Below are positions 18,097 to 27,251 of a stretch of DNA of 51,501 nucleotides, in pieces (positions within the stretch are counted from its first letter, which is position 1; each line of letters opens with the position of its first letter). Source of the stretch: an uncultured Acidimicrobiaceae bacterium (GTDB lineage Bacteria > Actinomycetota > Acidimicrobiia > Spongiisociales > ZC4RG35); the NCBI GenBank assembly GCA_964454615.1, contig CAYVTP010000004.1, positions 1 through 51,501 of the forward strand. Direction: 5' to 3'. Made by a program: the position numbers and the translations under genes. Under the pieces are notes generated by a model that worked only from the letters and a program-made list of their open reading frames with translations, searched no databases and was not told the DNA's origin.

Positions 18097-18995
18097 AGGG
18101 GGTTGACCGCGCTGAGAGCCTTCTCGATGGCTGCCAACGTCTCCGGCGCGGCGTCGACCAGTGGCAGCCTCACCGACCCCACCCGGCCCCAGAACTGGTT
18201 CATGGCGGCCTTCACCGGCATCGGGTTGGGTTCGAGGAAACATGCCTGGCAAAGAGGCAGGAGAAGATGATGCAGGCGTCTTGCCTCGTCCCAATCCCCT
18301 GAGTGGGCCGCCCTGACCATGTCGCGCACCTGACGGCCGGCAAGGTGGGCGATCACCGAGACGACACCGACTGCCCCCACCGACATCATTGGCAGGGTCA
18401 AGCTGTCGTCACCGGAGTAGACGCGGAGGTTGGGGACTGTGTTGACGGTCCGGGAGGTGAAGTCGAGGCTCCCGGCCGCGTCTTTGACCGCCACGATGTT
18501 GGGGTTCCCCCCCAGTTCGGCCAGGGTGTCGAGCTCGATCCTGCCCGACGTCCTCCCGGGGATGTTGTAGAGCATCACCGGTGGCCCGACCGCGGCGATG
18601 GCGTTGAAGTGGGCTACCAATCCTCTCTGCGGTGGTTTGTTGTAGTACGGGTTGACGGCGAGAACCCCGTCGACTCCGGCCTCGGCGGCACGTTCGGTGA
18701 GATGCACGGAGTGGGCGGTGTCGTAGGTGCCGGTGCCGGCCATGACCATGGCCTCCTTCTCCTTCACCGCCTCGACGACGGTGTGGTAGAGGGCAACTTT
18801 CTCCTCGTCGGAAAGGGTCGGCGACTCCCCGGTGGTCCCGGTGACGACGAGAGTGTCGGTGCCGGTGTCGGAAAGATGTCGGGCAAGACGCCAGGCCGCC
18901 TCGTGGTCGACCTCCCCGCCTGGTGTGAACGGGGTGATCATCGCTGTGGCGACATGCCCGAAGGGTGATGGGAGCTGTTGGGTCACCGGGGCCAT
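18093..18995 (-). CDS. dapA: 4-hydroxy-tetrahydrodipicolinate synthase
   Basis: ITPFTPGGEVDHEA...VTGTTGESPTLSDEEK. About 300 aa from the ATG at 18995. The track ORF N-terminus (to 19166) is Trp/Arg-rich and overlaps the upstream gene. Confidence 0.9.
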   Translation of the reverse strand: MAPVTQQLPSPFGHVATAMITPFTPGGEVDHEAAWRLARHLSDTGTDTLVVTGTTGESPTLSDEEKVALYHTVVEAVKEKEAMVMAGTGTYDTAHSVHLTERAAEAGVDGVLAVNPYYNKPPQRGLVAHFNAIAAVGPPVMLYNIPGRTSGRIELDTLAELGGNPNIVAVKDAAGSLDFTSRTVNTVPNLRVYSGDDSLTLPMMSVGAVGVVSVIAHLAGRQVRDMVRAAHSGDWDEARRLHHLLLPLCQACFLEPNPMPVKAAMNQFWGRVGSVRLPLVDAAPETLAAIEKALSAVNPL

Positions 18996-19032
18996 GGTAC
19001 CCGCAGCCGGGTCGACCAGGCCGAACCACCTC

Positions 19033-19419
19033 TCACCGGGGTGAGTCACCCTCCGCCAGGTACTCGGCGGCCAGGCGCTTGGGTGCCCTCGCCAGCCACG
19101 CCTCGACCAGGAGCTCGTCCAGCTCTTCGGGATCCAACATGGCCAGCCTGGCCAGGACGATGGCATACCCGTCGAAGTGGGAAGTGGTGAAGTAGAGGTT
19201 GGGGGCCGAGGCTATCAAAGCCTCTTTGGCGAGCTTGTCTTCGACCCATGCCGCCAGGATCGGCGGCTCGGGGGCAGCTTCGCCCAGCTCCTCCAGGTCT
19301 CCCTTCCGGAGCGGCCGTTCCCAGGCGAACGACTTCCGTCTCACGCTCCATGAGTGGCCCCGCACTTCGACTTCGGGGAGTCTGGCGGCGGCGCGGGCGA
19401 CGTCATCCCATGTGGCCAC
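19033..19419 (-). CDS. MmcQ/YjbR family protein
   Basis: 128 aa, with WDDVARAAARLPEVEV...FAWERPLRK...YFTTSHFDGY typical of the YjbR-like fold family. Confidence 0.6.
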   Translation of the reverse strand: MATWDDVARAAARLPEVEVRGHSWSVRRKSFAWERPLRKGDLEELGEAAPEPPILAAWVEDKLAKEALIASAPNLYFTTSHFDGYAIVLARLAMLDPEELDELLVEAWLARAPKRLAAEYLAEGDSPR

Positions 19420-19430
19420 TGCCCCCGAAC

Positions 19431-19709
19431 TTAGTCCGGAGCGGCTTCTCCCAAGGCCACCAACGCTCGTTCAGCGGCCAAACCATCTACCACCTGCTGT
19501 CCGTCGCTGAAGACGTAGAGGAGGCCGCGCACTCCCCAGGTCCGCCGCCAGTAGGGCAACCACTCCTCGCTCCCACCGAGGAGGACGACATCCGGATCGT
19601 CGACCCGCTCGGTGTCGGTCATCAGCCGGCAACACCATTCGACAACCGCCACCTCGCCCAACCTGTCGACAGCCGAGGCGAGGAGCACTCTGGGATGCGG
19701 AGAGCCCAT
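19431..19709 (-). CDS. Hypothetical protein (63-92 aa depending on start)
   Basis: It is the only non-Arg-rich frame in this gap. I recognise no family, and the start is uncertain. Confidence 0.35.
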   Translation of the reverse strand: MGSPHPRVLLASAVDRLGEVAVVEWCCRLMTDTERVDDPDVVLLGGSEEWLPYWRRTWGVRGLLYVFSDGQQVVDGLAAERALVALGEAAPD

Positions 19710-19768
19710 GCCGGCAAGGCTATCCGGGGCCCTGACCCGAAGCCGGGGATCCGTCGTAGACTCGGCCC

Positions 19769-20350
19769 ATGGCTGTCACATCGAAAATGCAAGCCCTGGG
19801 GACGGAAGCGCCCGACTTCACGCTGCCCGACACTGTGAGCGGGGAGAAGTACTCGCTCGACGATTTCGGGGACAAGAAGGCACTTCTGGTCATGTTCCTG
19901 AGCAACCACTGCCCCTACGTCAAGCACGTCATGGCGGGATTGGCTCAGCTCGGCAAGGACTACCAGGACAGCGACCTGGGCATCGTCGCCATCGGGTCCA
20001 ACGACGTGGAGAACTATCCCGACGACTCTCCCCAGGAGATGAAGAGGGTCGCCGAGGACCAGGGGTACCTCTTCCCATACCTCTATGACGAGGATCAGAC
20101 GGTTGCCGCGTCCTACATGGCGATGTGCACCCCCGACTTCTTCCTCTACGACGAGGACCGCCGTCTCGTCTACCGGGGCCGTCTCGACCCGTCGCGGCCC
20201 AATACCGAGGTACCCGTCACGGGTGAAGACCTGAGGTCGGCCATCGAAGCGGTCCTGGCCGGGGATCGGGTCACCGATCAGCAGTACCCGTCGATGGGAT
20301 GTTCGATCAAGTGGAAGCCGGGCAAGGTGCCCGCCTACTTCCAGGCCTGA
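19769..20350 (+). CDS. Thioredoxin-fold protein (AhpC/TSA / TlpA-like redoxin family)
   Basis: APDFTLPD...KALLVMFLSNHCPYVKHV, 193 aa. Confidence 0.75.
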   Translation: MAVTSKMQALGTEAPDFTLPDTVSGEKYSLDDFGDKKALLVMFLSNHCPYVKHVMAGLAQLGKDYQDSDLGIVAIGSNDVENYPDDSPQEMKRVAEDQGYLFPYLYDEDQTVAASYMAMCTPDFFLYDEDRRLVYRGRLDPSRPNTEVPVTGEDLRSAIEAVLAGDRVTDQQYPSMGCSIKWKPGKVPAYFQA

Positions 20351-20372
20351 GAAGATAGAGGAGACCACACGA

Positions 20373-20882
20373 ATGACACAGCAGTACGACGCGCCCCCTG
20401 AGTTCGACCTCGACCTGTCGAAGAGCTATTCGGCCACCTTGGACACCAACCACGGTGAGATCGTCATCGAGTTCGACGCAGAGCGGTCACCCAACACGGT
20501 GAACAACTTCGTGTTCCTGGCCAGGGAAGGCTTCTACGACGGCGTCGTCTTCCACCGGGTCATCGAGAACTTCATGATCCAGGGCGGCGACCCGACCGGG
20601 ACCGGCCGGGGCGGTCCCGGCTACAGGTTCCGGGACGAGCTCGAAGGCGATGGCAAGTACCGGCGGGGCACTGTGGCCATGGCCAATGCCGGGCCAAACA
20701 CAAACGGATCACAGTTCTTCATCTGCCACACCGATGTGGGGCTCCCCCACTCCTACACGATCTTCGGTCAGGTGACATCGGGGATGGATGCCGTGGACTC
20801 GATCGCCACCACCAAGACCGACTCCTCCGACAGGCCCCGCGACGAGGTCGTCATCAACAAGGTCACCATCGAAGAGAGCTGA
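20373..20882 (+). CDS. ppiB: Peptidyl-prolyl cis-trans isomerase, cyclophilin type
   Basis: FHRVIENFMIQGGDPTGTGRGGPGY and MANAGPNTNGSQFFI. Confidence 0.92.
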   Translation: MTQQYDAPPEFDLDLSKSYSATLDTNHGEIVIEFDAERSPNTVNNFVFLAREGFYDGVVFHRVIENFMIQGGDPTGTGRGGPGYRFRDELEGDGKYRRGTVAMANAGPNTNGSQFFICHTDVGLPHSYTIFGQVTSGMDAVDSIATTKTDSSDRPRDEVVINKVTIEES

Positions 20883-20894
20883 GCCAAAAACTCG

Positions 20895-20941
20895 TTCTGT
20901 GAAGATCTGTGGCGGAGGGGTCGACGACGATCTTCACAGAA
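20895..20941. repeat. Intergenic repeat B, copy 1: 13-bp-stem hairpin element; probable terminator for the convergent genes
   Basis: ttctgtgaagatc-(21 nt)-gatcttcacagaa. On the minus strand it is followed by cgagTTTTTgg. It lies 12 nt after the ppiB stop and 6 nt after the MFS stop. Confidence 0.8.
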
Positions 20942-20947
20942 CGGAAT

Positions 20948-22252
20948 CTAGACGGCGGCGACGGCTTCCTCCACCTCGGCGATCCTCCGCGAGTTGATCC
21001 TGGGGAGGGCGTAGAGGAGGACCAGCAGCTGGAGGGCTGCAGCGGCGAGGAAAGGTGAGCGGAGCGACCACTCCCTCCCCACGATCGGGTCCGACAGAGA
21101 CACCAGGGTCCCACCAATGATCGCGCCGACCGACATCATGCCCCACCCGAAGAACCGGTACACCGAGTTGACCCGGCCGAGCAGACGGTCGGGGATGATC
21201 CTTTGCCGCAGCGACACCGTGATCACGTTCCACACCACCACGAAGAAGGATGAGACCAGGAACATCGACCAGACCACGATCGCCGAGGAGGTCAGCCCGG
21301 TCACGACCACGGACACGATGAAGACCGACATTCCCACGAACAGCGTGGTCCCCTTGCCCAGCCATCTGGCGACGGCCGGCGCCATCTGAGAACCGATCAC
21401 CCCACCCACCGCGCCGGCGGTCATCAAAAGGCCGAATGCGGCCGCCTCGAGCCCCAGGATCTCCTGGACGAACAGCACATAGGTGGCCGCTGTCATCACA
21501 GAGGTTGCATTGAACATCCCCAGGATGAGCGCGAGGGGCCGGAGCAGCGGATGCGACCAGAGCCAGCGAAAACCCTCTTTCAGGTCGGCCCAGAACGATG
21601 GTCTGATGGTCGGTTGGTCTCCGCCCCCATCGGGCTTGAAACGGCCAGCGATGAGGAGCAGCAGGATGGCCGACACCACGAAGGTCCCGGAGTGGAAGAA
21701 GAAGGGGACGACCAGGGCCAAGCCGATCAACAGTCCACCCAGTGGCGGCCCGGCGAACGAGTTCATCACCATCTCCGCTCCCCAGAGCCTCCCGTTGGCC
21801 TTTTCCAACTGGGACTTTTCGACGATCGCCGGGAGGATCGTCTGGGCGGTGTTGTCCCGCAGGACCTCCGCCATCCCGAAGAGGAAGGTTGCCAGGATCA
21901 ACATTCCCAGCAGCAGGTTCTCGTTGGGCACCGGCACCTGTGCGGCGGCAGCGGCGCCGAGGACTTCGTTGTTGGCCAGGATCACGAAGGCGACGAAAAC
22001 CGTGATGCCGGCCCTGAACACGTCCATCCACACCATCACCTTCCTCCGGTCGAGACGATCGGTGATGACCCCGGCCGGCAAACTGAAGACCAGCCAAGGA
22101 AGGCGACTTGCCAGGACAACAAGGCCCAGCTTGAACCCGTCCCTGGTGATGGTGGAGGCAAGCCACGGATAGGCGATCATGGCGACGCCATCGCCGAGGT
22201 TGGAGGTCACCGAAGCGGTCCACAGCCTCCAGTAGTTGGCGTTGAGCTTCAT
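20948..22252 (-). CDS. MFS transporter
   Basis: MKLNANYWRLWTASVTSNLGDGV... followed by about 12 predicted transmembrane segments. The ATG at 22252 forms an ATGA overlap with the arsR-family stop. The track ORF N-terminus (to 22840) is an out-of-frame read-through. Confidence 0.85.
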   Translation of the reverse strand: MKLNANYWRLWTASVTSNLGDGVAMIAYPWLASTITRDGFKLGLVVLASRLPWLVFSLPAGVITDRLDRRKVMVWMDVFRAGITVFVAFVILANNEVLGAAAAAQVPVPNENLLLGMLILATFLFGMAEVLRDNTAQTILPAIVEKSQLEKANGRLWGAEMVMNSFAGPPLGGLLIGLALVVPFFFHSGTFVVSAILLLLIAGRFKPDGGGDQPTIRPSFWADLKEGFRWLWSHPLLRPLALILGMFNATSVMTAATYVLFVQEILGLEAAAFGLLMTAGAVGGVIGSQMAPAVARWLGKGTTLFVGMSVFIVSVVVTGLTSSAIVVWSMFLVSSFFVVVWNVITVSLRQRIIPDRLLGRVNSVYRFFGWGMMSVGAIIGGTLVSLSDPIVGREWSLRSPFLAAAALQLLVLLYALPRINSRRIAEVEEAVAAV

Positions 22253-22812
22253 TCGGCGAGGTACGGTCGGCCGGTGGGATACAGGGCGACGGCCAGGCCG
22301 TAGACGACCTCTCCCCCACGCGGGGTTTCGATGAACTCCCTGGCCAGGTCCCAGAGGCGATCCCGCCACTCCTCGGCCCGCTCCTTGGGGATCCGTGCGT
22401 AGCGGACGCCTTGGACTCCGACCACATCGTCGTCGTCGAAGGTGGCGCGCGTCTCTGACAGCTCTCGTGCAGCCCTGGCCAGGGCGAAGTTGGCGTCGAC
22501 CCCGTGCTCCATCGCCTTGGAGTAGTCGAAGGTGCGGGCGGTCCGCCCGTAGTACTTGGCCTCGATCGCCCTGACCTTCTCGGTTCGCACGATCCCGATG
22601 AGACCCGCCCCCTCGAGTACCTTGACATGATGCCCTACGGTGCCCTTCGGCTTCCCGAGGGCGTCGGCGAGCTGGCTGGTGGTGGCGGCACGCTCCAGGA
22701 GCATGTCGAGTATCGACATCCTCGTCTCGTCGAACAGTGCCTTGAACTGCTGCGGATCCTCGAGCCGTAAGAGGTCGGGAAGGGCGTAGTCCGGGATCGA
22801 TTGGTCGGCCAT
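22249..22812 (-). CDS. ArsR-family (winged HTH) transcriptional regulator with a C-terminal extension
   Basis: FKALFDETRMSILDMLLERAATTSQLADALGKPKGTVGHHVKVLEGAGLI. Confidence 0.8.
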   Translation of the reverse strand: MADQSIPDYALPDLLRLEDPQQFKALFDETRMSILDMLLERAATTSQLADALGKPKGTVGHHVKVLEGAGLIGIVRTEKVRAIEAKYYGRTARTFDYSKAMEHGVDANFALARAARELSETRATFDDDDVVGVQGVRYARIPKERAEEWRDRLWDLAREFIETPRGGEVVYGLAVALYPTGRPYLAE

Positions 22813-22863
22813 TCCCGTATAGTCGGTTATTCCCGACCATTTGTCAAGTGCCGGGCGAATTCA

Positions 22864-22910
22864 TTCTGTGAAGATCTCTGTCGGAGGGGTCGACGAGGAC
22901 CTTCACAGAA
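22864..22910. repeat. Intergenic repeat B, copy 2 (direct orientation relative to copy 1)
   Basis: ttctgtgaagatc-(21 nt)-gaccttcacagaa matches copy 1 at 43/47 positions. It lies 15 nt after the LLM oxidoreductase stop and about 50 nt upstream of the arsR-family start. Confidence 0.8.
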
Positions 22911-22925
22911 CGGGGAAGATCCCCT

Positions 22926-23810
22926 TCACACCCTGTCGAGTGCCTTGCCCAGCTCCTCCACCCCGGGGGCGTCGATGGGGTCGAGGACCACCTGGAGGTG
23001 GCCTATCCCGGCAGCTTCGAACAAGCCGATCTTCTCCCGGAACTCGGCGGACGGTATGGGAGAGGTCGGTGACCGTTTGGCGCTCCCCGGAGACCGTCCG
23101 GATCCCCGTGGCAGCTGGACGTACACCGCAGCCGTCCGCTCGAGAGACCTCGGCTCCCTCCCCACATCCCGACATACATCATCCAGCGCTTCGAGGAGAG
23201 GGCCGATTTGTTCCGGGTCGTTGTCGTAGTCGACGTACCAGGTGTTCCACATGTCGACGTGGGGCACGGTGATCGCCAGCATCCTGGGCCCACGCGATCC
23301 GACGAGCAGTTTCATGTCACGCCTCGCCCTGGGGACGAGCTCCGACTCCTCCACCCTGTAGAACCGTCCGTCGAAGTCGATGGACCCATCACGGATCAGG
23401 GTCCGGATGATGGTGAACGCCTCCTCGAAACGGTCCACCCGCCGGTCGTACGGGAAACCGAAAGCCCGGTACTCGACCTCGTTCCACCCGGCTCCCAACC
23501 CGAGAATGAGGCGACCTCCGCTGATCTCGTCGACGGTGGCCGCCTTCTTGGCGAGCATCGCCGGGGAGTGGAAGGAGGTCGACGCCACCAGGGGGCCGAT
23601 CTCGACCCGTTCGGTCATCTCGGCGATGGCCGCCAACCCGGTCCACGCCTCGAAGGGCCCTCGGGACACACCGTCATCGTGTCTGTAGAGAAGGTGGTCA
23701 CCCAACCACACCGAGTCGAAGCCGCACCCTTCGACTGCCAGGGTGATCTCCCGCATCTCCGCCCAAGCCACCGGCCGCTCGACTTCGGGGAGCTGGACGC
23801 CGATCTTCAT
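22926..23810 (-). CDS. LLM-class (luciferase-like) flavin/F420-dependent oxidoreductase
   Basis: MKIGVQLPE...GFDSVWLGDHLLY...GGRLILGLGAGWNEVEYRAFG. The start ATG at 23810 overlaps the stop of the upstream MFS gene by 1 nt. The 689-aa track ORF is a read-through. Confidence 0.8.
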   Translation of the reverse strand: MKIGVQLPEVERPVAWAEMREITLAVEGCGFDSVWLGDHLLYRHDDGVSRGPFEAWTGLAAIAEMTERVEIGPLVASTSFHSPAMLAKKAATVDEISGGRLILGLGAGWNEVEYRAFGFPYDRRVDRFEEAFTIIRTLIRDGSIDFDGRFYRVEESELVPRARRDMKLLVGSRGPRMLAITVPHVDMWNTWYVDYDNDPEQIGPLLEALDDVCRDVGREPRSLERTAAVYVQLPRGSGRSPGSAKRSPTSPIPSAEFREKIGLFEAAGIGHLQVVLDPIDAPGVEELGKALDRV

Positions 23811-24973
23811 CAGTCGATGGTAGGGGCGCTGGCAGCCGGTTCGAGGCGGCTGGGCACCAACAGGAACGCGGCCAGGGTCAGGGCTCCCGCCACCGCGTAA
23901 GGAAGAGGGATGGCCACAGCGAAGAGCCCGCCGCCAAGCAGGGGGCCGATGACCCGACCCAGTCCGGCCGCCGACTGCTGGGCCCCCAACGCAGCCCCCG
24001 ACCGCCCGGGAACGATCCCCGCGATGGCGGACGACAGTGTCGGGGTAAGCAAGCCCTGGCCGAGGGCGAGGAGCATCAGGCCCGCCAGCAAGGAGGGCCA
24101 GGTGGTCGCCATGGACAGGGCAGCGAAGCCGGCCACGTTCAGGCCCAAGCCGATCTGAAGGACGCGTCTCTCTCCGAGCCGCTTGGTGGACCGACCCACC
24201 AGCACAGCCTGGGTGAATACCAGGATTGTCCCGACGCCGGCGAACACGATGGCGACGGTCGAACCGGTCATCCCCAGGCGGCTCGACCCGAGGAGGGCGA
24301 AGGTGGCCTCGAACGCCCCGAAAGCAGTCACCCCGATCAGTGTCAGCGTTATCAGCCTGAAAGCAGGAGAAGGCAGATTCTGGGTGCCGTTGTGACTGGT
24401 CGACACCGCCTCGGGCCGCAGGGTCTCCGGTATACGGAAGAAGCCGACGACGAGATTGATGAGGGCGATGGTGGCGGCCACCAGGAAAGGGAGTGCCGGA
24501 CTGCCCAATGCGGCGAGAGACCCGATGATCGGACCGATCACGAATCCCACCCCGAAGGCGGCGCCAAGCAGCCCCATCAGTCTGGGGCGCTCCGCGGGGG
24601 CGGCCATGTCTGCCACGGTGGCCCTGGCGATGGCGATGCTCGCCCCCGACCCTCCGTCGATGATGCGGCCGACGAACAACCATCCGAGGGACCCGGCCAA
24701 CCCCAGAGTCAGGCTTCCCACCGCCGACCCGGCGATGGCCACCAGGAGAATCGGCCTTCGCCCCACCTTGTCCGATATCCGCCCCCAGAGCGGAGCCAGG
24801 ACGAACTGGGACAGGGAGTAGGAGGCGAACAGCACCCCGATGGTCAGCGGGCTCGCCCCGAACCGCTCGGCATAGAGCGGCAGTAGGGGAATGATGATTC
24901 CGAACCCGAGGAGGTCGACGGCCACCGCCGCCCACACCACCCAAAAGCCCCTCGGGGGCCTGTTGCTCGTCAC
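23810..24973 (-). CDS. MFS transporter (drug:H+ antiporter / Tet-like family)
   Basis: DLLGFGIIIPLLPLY...GRISDKVGRRPILL (MFS motif A). The likely GTG start at 24973 forms a GTGA overlap with the hemY stop. Confidence 0.8.
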   Translation of the reverse strand: MTSNRPPRGFWVVWAAVAVDLLGFGIIIPLLPLYAERFGASPLTIGVLFASYSLSQFVLAPLWGRISDKVGRRPILLVAIAGSAVGSLTLGLAGSLGWLFVGRIIDGGSGASIAIARATVADMAAPAERPRLMGLLGAAFGVGFVIGPIIGSLAALGSPALPFLVAATIALINLVVGFFRIPETLRPEAVSTSHNGTQNLPSPAFRLITLTLIGVTAFGAFEATFALLGSSRLGMTGSTVAIVFAGVGTILVFTQAVLVGRSTKRLGERRVLQIGLGLNVAGFAALSMATTWPSLLAGLMLLALGQGLLTPTLSSAIAGIVPGRSGAALGAQQSAAGLGRVIGPLLGGGLFAVAIPLPYAVAGALTLAAFLLVPSRLEPAASAPTID

Positions 24974-26262
24974 CTGGCCATTGCCTGTGCGACACGTACT
25001 GCGTCGGTGGCGATGTGGGCGAGGCCGACGCCGCGGTAGCCCCAACCCGTCATATGTAGCCCCTCAGGCCTGAGACGCTCCAGGTCGGCGAGCCAGTCCC
25101 CGTGGCCCCGGCCATACTGCGGAATACCAGGATGGTGCCTCACCAGCATCGTCGTGTCGGGAGACATGTCGACCCCGAGAATCCGGGAGGTCTCAGCCAC
25201 CACCAGTTCGACGACGTCCGCATCGGGGACGTCCACCAGGTCGCGAACGGCTGCGCCACCCGCTATCACCTTCACCAGGCTCCTGCCCTCCCCGGAGCGA
25301 TGCGGGGCATAGGAGGACTCGAAGAGGACACCTCTGGTGACCATCCCCGTGTCGGGCCCGGTCAGGACTCCGTAGCCTTCGGGGATCTCCATGTTGCTGT
25401 TCGGACCCCCCAGCCACACCACGGCCACGGGAGCGGAGTGGGAACCGGAGAGACTCGACGGAAGCCGACCGTCCATCAACCGGGCGGCGTCTGTCGGTCC
25501 ACAGGCAAGCACCACAGCCCCCGCCCCGATCTCGACGTCGCCTCCTATGCGCCAGCCTTTGCCGACCTGCCTGATCGACTCGACCGTGGTACCGCCCACG
25601 AATCGATCCCCCAAGGGAGCCGCAAGGGCGTCGGCGATGCTCGCCATCGAGCCGGCGGGCACATGCATTCTTGGCCGTTCCACATCACTCCTGCGCGCCG
25701 CAAGAGCAGCCCGCATCAGAGATCCGTACTGCCGATAGATGGCCACCAGCGCGGGAAAGGCCGAACCGGCCGAAAGCACTCTCGGATCACCGGCATAGAC
25801 CCCCGACGCCGCCAGCCATGCCGCCAATCCTCCGCCACCTCGTCCGAGCCTGCGCTCGAAGAATTCGGCCAGGGTCTCGTCGTCCTCCGACGCCGGTTCT
25901 GGGATGAGGGGCTCGAGCAGCGCCCTGAGACGGGATGGGACCGGCACCAGCGGATCGAGCAACATGCCCGGACCCGGCTCGACCCGAACCATTCGGTCCC
26001 TGGTGTACACGAAACGGGCTTTGGCCGCCGCCGGGGACACCCGGGCCCCGATGGCGGTGAACACGGGTGAAAGGGTTGGGTGTGGAAGGTTGAAGCTGCC
26101 CACCCCAGGTTCGAGGAGATAGCCCTCCCAGGTGATGGTGCGCGCTACGCCACCGGGGTCCTGGTCCCGCTCCAACACCACCAGGTCATCGACTCCCCTG
26201 ACCAGAAGCTCATGGGCTGTCAACAGGCCGGCCAACCCGCCCCCGATCACCGCGACGGTCAC
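24970..26262 (-). CDS. hemY: Protoporphyrinogen/coproporphyrinogen oxidase, FAD-dependent (HemY family)
   Basis: N-terminal FAD motif VAVIGGGLAGLLTAHEL, 430 aa, and its position in the heme operon. Confidence 0.85.
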   Translation of the reverse strand: MTVAVIGGGLAGLLTAHELLVRGVDDLVVLERDQDPGGVARTITWEGYLLEPGVGSFNLPHPTLSPVFTAIGARVSPAAAKARFVYTRDRMVRVEPGPGMLLDPLVPVPSRLRALLEPLIPEPASEDDETLAEFFERRLGRGGGGLAAWLAASGVYAGDPRVLSAGSAFPALVAIYRQYGSLMRAALAARRSDVERPRMHVPAGSMASIADALAAPLGDRFVGGTTVESIRQVGKGWRIGGDVEIGAGAVVLACGPTDAARLMDGRLPSSLSGSHSAPVAVVWLGGPNSNMEIPEGYGVLTGPDTGMVTRGVLFESSYAPHRSGEGRSLVKVIAGGAAVRDLVDVPDADVVELVVAETSRILGVDMSPDTTMLVRHHPGIPQYGRGHGDWLADLERLRPEGLHMTGWGYRGVGLAHIATDAVRVAQAMAR

Positions 26263-27251
26263 TCGCGGGCGGCCTCAACGAAGACGGAGACGTTCTCCAC
26301 CGGAGTGCGGCGGTCGATGCCATGGCCAAGGTTGAGGATGTGACCGGTACGGGACCCCACCCGCGCTTTGACCTCACGCACATGTCGCCTGATGGTGTCG
26401 GCGTCGCTCCGGAGCACCGCCGGGTCGACATTCCCCTGTATGGCATGCCTCTCGCCTATCGACGCCCAAGCCTCGTCGATGGGAACACGCCAGTCGACGC
26501 CGTATCCCGAGGCACCAACCCCCGACTGGAGCTCGAGGGTGTGGCCTGCCCCCGGGGAGAAGTAGATGGTCGGCGCATCGAGGCCCGCAAGGGCCATCCT
26601 CGCCGCCGGGAGACACAACTCCGAATAGGTGGCCCGGTCGAACATCCCGGCCCAGGTGTCGAAGAGTTGGACCGCATCTGCGCCCGCCTCCACCTGGATG
26701 GCAAGGTAGGTGTTCATGGCACGGCCCAGCGTGGACAGTGCCTCCCGTGCCGCGCCAGGGTCAGCCCTGACCGCCGAACGGACTCCGATGAAGTCCTTCG
26801 AGCCGCCTCCCTCGACCAGATAGGCGAGGAGGGTGGTAGGGGCGCCGGCGAATCCGAGCACCGCAACCCGGTCATCGACCTCCTGCCGTACCCGACGGAC
26901 CGTCTCGGCCACGAAGGCGACCCTCTCCGGGTCGACATCGGGCAGGTTGGCGATCTCGGCCAGGGTCCGGGGGCGCAGGCGTGGGCCGGGGTCGAAGGTC
27001 ATGTCGACTCCCATGGCCTCGAGAGGGGTCATGATGTCGGCGAAGATCACGGCTCCGTCCATTCCGAATCGGCGGATCGGCTGAAGGGTTATCTCGGCTG
27101 CGATCTCGGGGGTCGATACCGCCTCCTGGAAGGCGATCTTGCTGCGCAGTTCCCGGTACTCGGGTAGGTACCGCCCCGCCTGGCGCATGATCCAGACAGG
27201 CGTTCGCTCGACCGGCTCCAGGTTGAGCGCCTCCACCAGCGGCCGGGTCAC
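26259..27251 (-). CDS. hemE: Uroporphyrinogen decarboxylase
   Basis: PVWIMRQAGRYLPEYRELR signature. Confidence 0.92.
   Translation of the reverse strand: MTRPLVEALNLEPVERTPVWIMRQAGRYLPEYRELRSKIAFQEAVSTPEIAAEITLQPIRRFGMDGAVIFADIMTPLEAMGVDMTFDPGPRLRPRTLAEIANLPDVDPERVAFVAETVRRVRQEVDDRVAVLGFAGAPTTLLAYLVEGGGSKDFIGVRSAVRADPGAAREALSTLGRAMNTYLAIQVEAGADAVQLFDTWAGMFDRATYSELCLPAARMALAGLDAPTIYFSPGAGHTLELQSGVGASGYGVDWRVPIDEAWASIGERHAIQGNVDPAVLRSDADTIRRHVREVKARVGSRTGHILNLGHGIDRRTPVENVSVFVEAARE

Noticed and set aside
20934-22628. 564-aa minus-strand ORF overlapping the MFS and arsR-family genes; also the 630-aa version of the MFS ORF (20948..22840)
   Set aside because: The translated sequence is dominated by Arg/Pro/Gly, typical of off-frame reading in high-GC DNA. 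The in-frame MFS gene has a clean ATG at 22252 coupled to the regulator stop. No domain is recognisable.
22926-24995. 689-aa ORF that appears to fuse the LLM oxidoreductase to a long N-terminal region
   Set aside because: The N-terminal roughly 395 aa are Arg/Gly/Pro-rich and lie over the genuine MFS gene (23810..24973), which is in another frame. The LLM homology begins exactly at MKIGVQLPE (23810).
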